Shown piece after piece: positions 53,380 through 64,000 of a DNA stretch of 64,000 nucleotides (position 1 is its first letter; each line of letters begins with the position of its first letter). Both the position numbers and the translations under genes were made by a program. This DNA is from Chiloscyllium plagiosum (lineage: Eukaryota), in assembly GCF_004010195.1 (NCBI RefSeq), contig NC_057753.1:13864485-13928484 (forward strand), written 5' to 3'. The notes under the pieces were generated by a model that made no database searches, was not told the DNA's origin, and saw nothing but the letters and a program-made list of their open reading frames with translations.

Positions 53380-55645
53380 TTCGTAAGAGCACATCAGTAT
53401 TTTGTTAAGCTCTTTCGGGAACATGTTTGTGATACCACATAGATGCAGATGCTGTTGCAGGAGCTGAATAAGATAAGCACATTGCTTGTCTCTTGAAGTA
53501 CGGATTTGAGAAACTGAAGATTTGTGTGCCAATGTACTCTTCACTTGTAACCATTCTGTGCAGAAAATGAATGATAGATGTGACCCAGAAGATGAAGAAA
53601 CTGAGAGAGATTGCAAATAGCAGGACAATGGATCTCTTGCGGTTTACCATCTCTGAGTTCCCATCATTCCCTGCTGTACGAGGTCTCTTGTGAGCTCTGT
53701 TGGCCGTTAAGATGTGTCTTACAGTTAACGCGTTGAGGAGCAGAATGAGGAGGAAGGGAACAAAGGGGATTACGGTATGGTTTAAGCATCGATAGATCTG
53801 CCAAGTGTGGAAAGTGTGTAAGATCATTTGGAAATCACAGATACATGGCACATCCAGTATTTAAATGGGCTGGTAGATGAAATATATAAAAAAAAGTATT
53901 GATACAGAGCCGGACACACATCAACCCTATGACCAGTGACACAGCTTTCTTGGTGCAGTATGTGGTTCTTCAAACTCTGATAATAGATGGCAACAAAACG
54001 CTCCAAGGTGAAAAACACCATCAGCCAGACGGATCAATCCTACATGGCATTGACCAGCACAGCACTGAGGCTGTAGTTGGACATGTTGTACAGAACACTG
54101 CAGCTAAATTAGATGCGGCCAAATCATGTTGACGATGCACCCAGTGATGATAACAAAGGCACCAGCAACCGCTGTCTCCAGTAGGTAGTAGTTGATGCAA
54201 TGCGCAAGACAACAACTTCCGTGGAGTAAGATAATAATCGCCAACCTGTTTGCTATGGAAGATGACGAGAGAGAGGGAGAGAGAATAACAACAATATCCA
54301 AACATGAAACACATGCAGTCTGACACTGGGCGAATCCAAATGCATTGCATTTCTACACTCCTACACAGACTGAAATTCAGTCTATTTCAACAACTTTGGT
54401 CATTGCTTGATATCCATTGTTGGTTAAACATTCGTTAATACAGGAGTCACTGCAATCTTCTCTGCTACAGGTTCTACTCTCTGACTACTGAGACAACGCC
54501 TAAAGCTAAGGATCCAATTGAATGTCATCCATATATAGTCCGTAGCTTTAAACATTCCATGTCCAAGTCATCCTCAAATCCACTGCTCGCTGACCTACAT
54601 TGCCTTTCTGTCTGACAAAGCAGGGTTTCAATTATCTTTCCGCCTGAGTTTCAAATTCTTCCACAATCACACCAATTCCTGCAAAGTTAGGCAAAGATTG
54701 AATGTTATTCACTTACACAATCCTGGGATTGACCAATGTCACTTGAGTTATGAACGGGTTTATCATTGAGATTTTAGTGTTTAAATTCCGTTCTCCAATG
54801 ACTGCCTCGTTCCTCTCTTCTGTAGGTCCTCCCCTGTAATGCCACCTTATATCCAAGCTTTAAGTGACTAGCTCGACTATTTCTTCCTCCGTTCCTTTCT
54901 CAAAATTATTTGTTACAGTTCCTCTGATGCATTACCATTTTACATACTGCACAGAGTAGATAAACAACTGTAAATCCACATTTTCGAGTGAAAACTGAGT
55001 GATCAACCCACGTGACACTGAAAAGCGAAAGACACCTCTGTAATGGATGCGAACATGCAATTACTCAAAATGAATCCAAATATGTAAAATGTATCAAGCA
55101 TTGCAAAATGCGAAATAATTTAAAGTCTTTCAACAGTAACCACATCTAGCAACTTTTTACCACTAATTCTTAAGATCACATTAATAATGTCAAATATTCA
55201 TGACATTTGATATCATTGCATAGCACCTTATGTACGGTTAAGTGTATCATAATGCATTATAATAAATTAATAATAAAATAATATTTGCAGAAATGAAGAG
55301 TTTTTACAATCTATGTTCGGAATCTAATTAATATTAACTTTCCAAAATGGTTCCAAAATATATTGAATGATTTTCTGTTTCACAGTGCAAGTCTAAGTAA
55401 GGCAATCATTTAACAAAACGCTGTGTAATATATTGTATTATAAATAGGCACCTGGCTCAAGTCCGTTATATAGAAAAAAACATTGGATATTATTGATATT
55501 CAGCCAGATCCTGAAGGCAATGGGCAAATATTAACGACATATGAAAACATAACTGAGTTGGAATAGATTTCTTAGTGGGGGCACCAATAAGAGCAAGAAG
55601 TGCATAGAAAATTGCAATGAACAACCCATTCATTTGTCCACGCAT
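53380..55645 (-). pseudogene. GPR139/GPR142-like GPCR pseudogene (exon 1 55645-55576; exon 2 54252-~53380)
   Basis: Exon 1 reads MRGQMNGLFIAIFYALLALIGAP, with the donor mutated to CTAAG. Exon 2 reads NRLAIIILLHGSCCLAHCINYYLL..., VFFTLERFVAIYYQSLK, IPFVPFLLILLLNALTVRHILTANR and EMVNRKRSIVLLFAISLSFFIFW. Several frameshifts. Confidence 0.88.
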
Positions 55646-58189
55646 TTTTGTTTTCAGCTTGAAGGGATTACCGTATTTCCAGACTTCAGCACCGTGTCCG
55701 TCAATTATTCTAAGTGTGTGTCTCCGGAGAGGCAGTAGAGTTAGACATGCACTTCGGGTGCAATTCTGTCAATGAAAGCAATAACTCATAGTTTCCATGT
55801 GTAATATTACTCGAGCTGATTTTGCAAATCTCAGAACATATCTAAGGGCAATTTGTTGGCTGCAAAGTCTGTATTTCGACCTCATCCCACGTGAACTTCC
55901 TGAATTGATACTATGCTGAATCCTCGTCTTGAATCAAAAACACCATTCATTATTCAAGTGCTTGCTAAATATATCGATATCTTTTCAGCTATTTAGTTCA
56001 TGCTTTTAAGTTTTAATGGTTTTTGATTATAATTGAGTAAGTTAATAGATCCATGGGAACTGTTAGAAATCTGTTTTAATGTATGACTGAAAACATCTGA
56101 GGAGGACACCAGCACATACAAATAGTGAGCCATGTAGAAGCTGCAGAACATTCATTTCTTCTACAAAGCTACAAAATTAGGAAGGGCCAGTAAATATGAA
56201 ATGTTTTAACAGAATTTCTGATGCATTGACAGTTGTTAATGGTCTGGTGTAATGTAAGCACATACATCAGGTAAAGTGGTAACTAATACATGGCTTTGAG
56301 TTATTGTATCAGGCTTTCGGAGTGAACTGGTGTTATCCTTACCACAGAAGTCGTTGCACAGAAAAATATGTTGAGCTGTCAAAACAAACATACATCTAAG
56401 GGACACTTGGACAATGGAATGCGGAATTGTATGTTATCAAATATAGCAATAACTGAGCCAGAGCTGAATGTAGCCGTAAAAAAGGAAGATCCGATATAAT
56501 AGAAGTATGGTCCCGTGAAATAATAAGTAATACAGTTTCGTGCAATATAAACTGAAACAAAAATGAACTTAGGAACAAAGATGTAGTCTAATAACAATAC
56601 AGAAACAACACCAAGCACTGATGACTGAGGCAAAGCCTCAAGAAAGATATGTTTTAATTTTTCACAATGGATGTTTCAGTCACTCTCTTTATTTCCAAAT
56701 GGGTATTGAATAATTAAGGAGTTTCTCCTTGAAAAATCTCTTCTTCAATGTTGTTAACTGTTATTTTTCAGCGTTTTAATCTGAAGCTTTTTACCTAAAT
56801 CGGATAACGTTTAAGCTAGTAATAATACTGACACATTCACAACACAACTGTGGTGCAATATATAATGTCACTGAGTATGGATCTGGCAACATTGTTTTTG
56901 ATTCCTACTTGGCTTGGGTGCATTTTATTTCCAAATATTCTCTTGTCACTTCACCCACCGAGCGAAGTAACCTGACCATAGCCAGTTATGGAGTCATGAA
57001 GATCGACAGCACAGAAAGCAACTTTCGATCCAGAGAGTCTGCGCTGGTCTAAAACAAGGGCCTAACTGTGCTACTCCCTTTCTCCAGGACTTAGCCCATA
57101 GCCTCGTATGAGTTAGTATTGCACTATAAATTGAAATAATTTTTAAAAGTTATGAGGGTTTCTGCCTCTGCAAGCCTCACATGCAGTGATTTCCAGAACA
57201 CAAAGACATTTGCACTTCTAGAAGTCTTAGGATTTTACATGAATAAGCATTTCAGAACATGTTCAGAGGAATGATGTAACAAGCACATTGGATACCGTCA
57301 TGGTTTCCAACAGAACAATCCCGTGACGCTCAGGCGAATATTTGAATATTTACGTCCAAGAGGGAAATTAGATTAAGAAAGCGAATACTCCAATGCATTC
57401 TTGCCTACATGACAGTCAAAGCTGCTGGGTATTGATGAAGAAGACATTATTCCCATCTGGATTGAGGCAGTAACTATTGGAATAGCAGCTGAATGAGCTG
57501 ATCAATTGCGCCACAGAGACTGGCAGGAAAACAAGCATGGAATAAACATTATTGTAGCAATTAAAGCTTCGGGTTGCTGTTCTCTGCATCACAATTGTCC
57601 CCTCTCAGTTCTAATTTCACATCCATATTCAGGTTAATTATGCATCTTTATAAGAAGATGATAACACCTAGGAACAGAAGAAGATTGTGTATGATCTGTT
57701 GATTTTCCACTTCACTTTTCTGCCTTCTCCCGTAACCCTTGATGTCTTTGTTTATTAAAAATCTGTGTATCTGAGAATTGAAATTACTAAAGTGAACCAT
57801 CTAGCCAGCCGAATGCGGTAAAGAATGCAATCGGCTCACTACTTTCTAAAAGAAGAAACTCCTCTTCAGCTCTGACTTAATTGTGCAACCCTTATTCCCA
57901 GTTTATGCTCGCAGTTCTGATAGTGTGTCCAAATGGGGGACAGCTTTTCTGCCTCAAACAAAGCAAGTTCGTTAAGAATTTTGTAAGTTTCAATAAGAAG
58001 GAATTTTTTTGTAACACTGTGACCTAGCAGTCTAAGATACCGGATAGTGATGCTTCCTCCAATTTCCTCCCAGTCTCATGTGACATGAAAACCCCTTATT
58101 TGTTCTGACAGAGCATGTGCGGTTTTGCTGATTTCACTGTCTGACGTACTGCCATTTTGCGATTTTGTGCAAAAACAATGAATTCATGT

Positions 58190-58260
58190 TTCCTCACCAG
58201 GAAATGAATCCGAGACACGGTGAATACAGTGCTGAATCGTAACCACCAGTCTACAAGGGA
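58190..58260 (-). pseudogene. tRNA-Glu-like pseudogene
   Basis: Minus strand TCCCTTGTAGACTGGTGGTTACGATTCAGCAC...CGGATTCATTTCCTGGTGAGGA aligns with tRNA-Glu TCCCTGGTGGTCTAGTGGTTAGGATTCGGCGC...GGGTTCGATTCCCGGTCAGGGA. The anticodon arm is disrupted and a T-run follows downstream. Confidence 0.7.
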
Positions 58261-60728
58261 CGATATTGCCTTCTTTTCTTAAAAGTGTCTTTTCTTCATT
58301 ATAGCATTTTTGATTTTTCTTCATTTTAGGTCGCTTCCTTGTATGATAATTATTGGATGTTTTCGCAACATGATCGTGTCATCGAGTTTTCACAGCACAG
58401 AAAGAAGCGTTGTTGCCCGTCGTGTCAATACCAATCAACCGTTATGATCCACTTTTCCAGTACTTGACCAACTGTCTTCTCCCCTTGGAGTTTCCAACGC
58501 GCATCTCAGTGATATTTGCACTCTAACATTTTAATTGTAAACTACACAATGAATGAGACTGAAGTTTGAGATGTTGAAACTGTGTTCACATGAGTAACTG
58601 TACCTCATTTCAAACACAGAGGGAAGCATGCAGACACATCCACGAGAATTAAAGAGGCCTAACGCGATTAACTCTTACAAAAATTATTTGACTCATTCCG
58701 ATCCCATTTCAGATGTGAAAACTAGATCCGAAAGGAATCTTTCGGCCATTTTCCTGCCCTTGTTATGGCCCCATTCTTTCCTCCTCACTCTGCATTTTAT
58801 ACTGCCTCGCCTCCTTCACTCTGCTATACCACATCATTTGTGACATCGCTTGCATCTTGTTTTTCTGAGGTTGCTGGATGGACAAACAGGAATGCAGAAT
58901 AGCAAACTCAAACGGATCAGACTCAACATGCAACAGATATTGAATTATATTAGTGTTGTTATACAAATCTGAAATGTGCATTTTTCTATCAAAAATAGTC
59001 TCGAACTCAGAGAATGCCCCAGTGAACTTCAACTAACGGTCATTTGCTTACAAGACCAGATGTCAGCCCATTGAACTATGAAACCTGAAAAGCCGACTCA
59101 TCTCGAATATGGTCAAATATATAGTCCAGGAAAACATAATTACATACATGTATTAGGCAATCCAAGACATGTTCGAAAAATGTATCTACTTGAAACGTTA
59201 CCATACAAGATAAAACGCAATATAATAAATCACATAAAATCACTTGGAAGTGAAACCAAACCAGCAAAATTAACAAAACTGAAAAAAGGGGCCAAACTCG
59301 TGATGTTCAGATTGATTGGCAAATGCAATGACGAATCAGAACGATTACAGAAGGACAGAATGAGAGACCAGATGAATTGCACTTTCAACTTCTTATGATC
59401 CAGTATATTAGAATCTGAGGCATAAACATATCCTTTTCCTGGCTCAGTCCTTGTCCATCACTGCGAGTCTGAGAGCTCCGTAATTCACTGGAGATTCAGT
59501 AATGATCAGTCGCATGAAACTGGCAAATTTATAGTAAACTCGGGCCCCAAGACCTGAAACATTTAATCTGTGTTTTCGCTACAAATACTGCCAAACTTGC
59601 CAGTTTCATTTCCATTTCAATATTTGCTTTGAATGCATTCGCTGCCTAGAACTCGAGAGAGAAACAAGATAGAGAAAGGCTGATTGGTAAGCATATCTTC
59701 TTGAGTGCTTCCACAGAATAAACTATTGAAGGATGGCTGTTGCCGTGGCCAGATTAAATAATTTTATCTCCAGGTGGTCTCAAGGGAACGGTTTAAACTC
59801 AAAACTTCCTCTTCTGTCTTTAGACAGCGGCACACTTACATAATGTCCTTGACCCAGATCTGAAAGATATTTTTAATGGCCACAAGGTTCGAACGAGGGA
59901 TGATTCAAATTCAGATTCAAACAACTTCAGAGAAATTAAAGAAAAAATCCTTAATTACACATCAGAAATGCTCCCCACTGAAGCCAGACTTTGAGCAATA
60001 GCATTATCCTCTCCGCTCGCTAAAAGGATAGATTTGAAGACACTGTTTCCACTGCCAACCCTCAATCATCAAATTTCAGGATTCTCTCACTGCCATAACC
60101 TGGATGGGCCTGTGAGACTGGGAGGGATGAAATGCCTGTCATTGAAAGGAAATGCGAGAATCTGGAGCATAGGCTCTGAGGACAGATGGATCAGTCTCTC
60201 AGAAGAGACACTTAAAAATGCGTCGATATTTTTAAAGATTCTTTTACAGGATGTGGGTGTCGCTGGCTGGCCCAACGTTTCATGTATATGACTAATTGTC
60301 TCGGGTGATGGTGAACTGGGTCCTTAAACTGCTGCTGGCCTTGGAGTGTGGGAACACCGGTACCGTTGTTTGAAAGGGAGCTACTCGATTTTGACTCAGC
60401 GACACAGATGGAATTGTAACATGCTTCAAAGTCATAATGATGAGTTACTAGGAGGAGCAGTCAAAAGTGGTATGACTTCTGATGACAATTTCCTCCTCTC
60501 TCATAATTTCATGGACAATTTCTGTTAAATCTAAACCAGGCAGTATGTACAGGTGCCAAGTATTGATTTTACAACTCAGCCATGTCCTCTGTGTCCATGT
60601 GTATAGCCCATTTTTTGGTCTCTGTTTAGCCCTATTCCCCTACAGCACTGTTTTTTTTGTTCATGTGTCTGCAAATGACTTTGAGAATTCCATTTCAGAA
60701 CCAAATTACTGCAGTTGCTGAAATATGT

Positions 60729-60928
60729 ACTGAAAGCAATACATGATGAAGATCACAGCGGATCAGGCAGCATCCATGGAGAGAAAGCAATCTAACGTTT
60801 TGAGGCTAGATGCTTCTTCATTAGGTCGTCATAAAGAATAATATACATGCGAAACTTTAATTTTGGCTGTCTCACTCGTTGGATGCTGCCTGACCCGCTG
60901 TGATGTTCAGCATGTACTTGTTTTCAGT
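60729..60928. repeat. Palindromic short element (same architecture as 40865-41060)
   Basis: ACTGAAAGCAATACATG..ATCACAGCGGATCAGGCAGCATCCA pairs with TGGATGCTGCCTGACCCGCTGTGAT..CATGTACTTGTTTTCAGT. Confidence 0.8.
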
Positions 60929-61689
60929 TGGAATTTCCTTTGCTTCTCTTATTCTTGTCTCATGTGTCTGACTGTGTGTGTGCACGTGTGTTCATATTGA
61001 TGAACAAGGAGAAATAGTTTGGCTGGCAGTTGACAGAATTCGAGCGCTTGCTCGCTGTTGTAGCTAAAATCACACAATCATTCCATCTGGTTTTAAATGA
61101 ATGCGACTGCATGACTGTAAACTTTGAAAGGCATCAAAATATCTTTGTCGAGGGCTCCTCTTGTGGTCTATGTCTTGAGGATTACGTTTTGATTCTCAAG
61201 GGAGACGGTTCCTTTCTCACTACCTCATTTATTTGGCAGTGCCTTAAATAAGTAATAATACCTGCTATACTGGATTGAACATATAATTTTCGTTAGCCAG
61301 TCCTCTCACATAGATCTCCACAAACTCGGACTTTGATTTAGTCACCATTTGGTAAATGTCTTCCAGATATGCAAATATATCACACTGTCTCATTTCCTTT
61401 TACCTATCTTGCTTCTTACCTCCTCCAAGGAATTCTCAATACTTGACAGGTAAAATTTCATGTTCATTCGTTCCTCCAATGAAGACTTACTGACCCTGCT
61501 TAATTGTTGTGGATTTCTGAATGTTCTGCTGTGCCGTCCATTATTAGAGACCCCAGATATTTATCCTCAATTACAGAAGTTGATCTAACCAGCCTAGGGT
61601 TACCTGCTTTTGCTTCCTTATGTAATGGAATAAATGTCGCGAGATTGAGTGCAGAAAAACAGAAAGAGGGTCAACGTCAATATAAGTAA

Positions 61690-62107
61690 GATCAATATTC
61701 GGAGTTATGATCATTTACTAATAGATGACGAATGGGTGTGAATCTCATCGAGACTTTTAAAATTTCAACAGGATTGGTAGGATAGTTGCAGGGACGATTC
61801 TCCCGATGATGTGCGTCTCGAGAACCAGCGGTCTGAGCCATTTAGGACGGAGAAGAGGAAACAAATCTTCACACAAAAGCATTGAGCCTCTGGAGTTGAT
61901 TAAGGTTGGAAATATTTCATGCAAAAAACAATGAATGCATTCAAAAAGGAGTTAGATAAAACACTTGGGGCAAATGGGATCGCACATTATTAGGAGAAAG
62001 CAGGAATCGGCTATTGAATAGGATGATCAGCCATGAACATAATGCATTTTGGAGAAGGTTCGAAGGCCAATTGGGCTCTTCGTGCTCCTATGTTCTACGC
62101 TTCTATG
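61690..62107 (+). mobile_element. Old CR1 3' fragment
   Basis: GAATCTCATCGAGACTTTTAAAAT...CCATTTAGGACGGAG...GGATGATCAGCCATG...CCTATGTTCTACGCTTCTATG tail. Confidence 0.7.
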
Positions 62108-62869
62108 AAACAGAAATACAAGACAATATATAAAGTTTTAAATCGCTGTGAGCTCTAGTGAAAGTAGAGAGTTCATATGATTATCGCATACATGTTTAGA
62201 CGGTAGATACATATCCATTCATAAAATGGAACTTTTCATGAAGGGCTTTAAATCGCTTTAAGTTTTAATAAAGACGTTAAACCGTTTTCTGTATTGTCCA
62301 GTGAAATAAGACTGCCTTTTTACAATCTGACTGTGCTGACGCTGATTTGACGCCGCTGCCAGTTTGGATGTTGATGTGTGCTGCTGCTTGGCTTCAAAAC
62401 GACAGCGTCGGAAGAATGAAACAATTGCTTAACCTGAGAGGTTCACAGACTTTCATGATCTTCCCGGAAAAATACAGCCTGTATTGGTATGGCGAGGCCA
62501 CCAGAAGGTCACATTGTATCTTTAAACACTTTACACACAAAAGGGGCAGAGAGGCAGACAGACAGTGAGAGAGATTCTGAGCCCACGATTCATCAGCTTT
62601 TACCTCATTCAATCAATCTACCTTCCAGGAAAAAAATACTGTATCCTGTTGCAGACAGAGACATACAGCATCCACACACGTGCGCATACACACACAGACA
62701 CAAGCATAGAAAAGCACACGTTAATACATGCAATAATGCATACTGACTCTCACAGAAATATCTCAACACATAGTTAAATAGTTAGTGCATTCAAAAGTTA
62801 GACACTAGATTCCTTAAAAGAAGGGCTTGTTAAAAATAATATTTAATTTATCAATTAGATTTAACATTT

Positions 62870-62995
62870 CGGGTCGAGCAACACTTCCTTACAATTCGTT
62901 CTAAGGAAGGACCACTGGCCTCGAAACGTTAACTCTGATTTCTCTACTCATATACTGCCCATCATGCTGAGTTTTCCAAGCAATTTTTAAGTTTG
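62870..62995 (+). repeat. Partial palindromic element with a hammerhead-like core
   Basis: TTAACATTTCGGGTC..CTTCCTTACAA followed by its inverse GTTCTAAGGAAGGACCACTGGCCTCGAAACGTTAAC. Confidence 0.65.
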
Positions 62996-63596
62996 CCACT
63001 AATTCACACGATTCGCAGTTCTTATTAAAATTCAAAACTGATTTTGCATCATTTTTTCTTCAAAATAATGTGGAAGCGGAACCACCTAATTTAGAGTTCA
63101 TACTTACAGCATTTCCCCTGCTATCCCAGTTCGTACAGAGTCTGTTGCATGCAAGAGGGAAATTTTGCTTCATCTGTACAGAGCCCTATTTGGTTCACAC
63201 TGGGAGGATGCGGTACAGATTGTTCTTCATTCGCTGCTGATATTGATCTCCCGTTACTGGGAATTGTCCACACATCGCCGAAGGATGTTTGAATAGTCTT
63301 CCAACGCTCTCTTCCGAGGTACAGTGAAGAAAGGAAAAGTCAATGGAGGATAGGTGTCGATAGCACATTCTCTGTTCTCTTTCACTGCAAATCCAAAATT
63401 CGAAGAATTGGGATCATTAATTGGATTCTTGTAAGGCAAGAAGGGAAGACCCAGAAGGTAGAGCTCAAACAACATTTTAGACACAAATCCTATTCCAATT
63501 ATGGCTCTAAAGTCAGTTATAATTGCAGCGAGTGTTAGGGCATCATGAAGAGATGCAGCATGGAAACAGACCCTCAGTGCAACTTGTCTGGAACAA

Positions 63597-63915
63597 TCAA
63601 TTGGGACAACACATCCATCCTCTGACAAGCCAAACAGAGACACGCACGAGAATTCCTCGAAGCATGGCATTCCAACCGGAATTGTATCAACAAACACAAT
63701 AACTTGGACCAGATTTACCACCCCCTGTGAAAAAGAACAGGAAATGCCATCATCATAGGAAATGACATCACCAACGCAAAAAAAGCCAAGCATATAAATA
63801 GAAAGCAGGAATCATCAGCAATTATTTGTCTGGAGTTTCACTGAGGATGTTGCCTAGAATGGGGATGAAACGTCTGAGCATGAACCTTCCAACTCAGGAG
63901 CAAACCTACATCCAT
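63597..63915 (+). mobile_element. Penelope-like element 3' end (GIY-YIG C-terminus + pseudo-LTR with hammerhead core)
   Basis: NWDNTSIL*QAKQRHAREFLEAWHSNRNCINKHNNLDQIYHPL resembles the PLE endonuclease C-terminus. CTGAGGA-stemII-GAAAC lies at 63841-63871. Confidence 0.8.
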
Positions 63916-64000
63916 TTATACGTTGTCACTTCAAATCTATGCCATTTCTTTTTGGGCTCCCATACCTTTAGGAAAACAATACCACGTCTATTCACCCTAT

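Noticed and set aside
59078-59398. 106-aa lysine-rich ORF
   Set aside because: No recognisable motif or splice context. It cannot be supported without a homology search.
62347-62568. ORF with a hydrophobic start, NDSV and KYSLYWY, suggesting a processed leader+V
   Set aside because: It starts at TTG and lacks Cys23, YYC and an RSS.
1-64000. Prokaryote-style systems (CRISPR arrays, operons) and NAR-TCR or IgH V-D-J cassettes
   Set aside because: The sequence is intron-containing vertebrate DNA with no spaced repeat arrays. No D or J segments with valid RSS pairs were found by eye.

Overview
AT-rich vertebrate genomic DNA, almost certainly an elasmobranch (shark or ray). The evidence is HE1-type SINEs, shark-type CR1 LINEs, Penelope-derived palindromic repeats and GPR139-like GPCRs. 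The left ~36 kb is part of a T-cell receptor alpha/delta variable-segment array. It holds two apparently intact leader+V genes with 22/23-bp-spacer RSSs (20170-21305 and 28171-29091, + strand) and at least seven V pseudogenes or fragments on both strands. The right ~28 kb has no convincing V segments. It holds two tandem minus-strand GPR139/142-like GPCR pseudogenes, a truncated Gmr1-like Ty3/Gypsy element, CR1 copies and a Penelope 3' end with a hammerhead core. Two tRNA pseudogenes lie at about 4.9 kb and 58.2 kb. No credible D, J or C segments were found. All calls come from manual reading and translation; no database searches were run.
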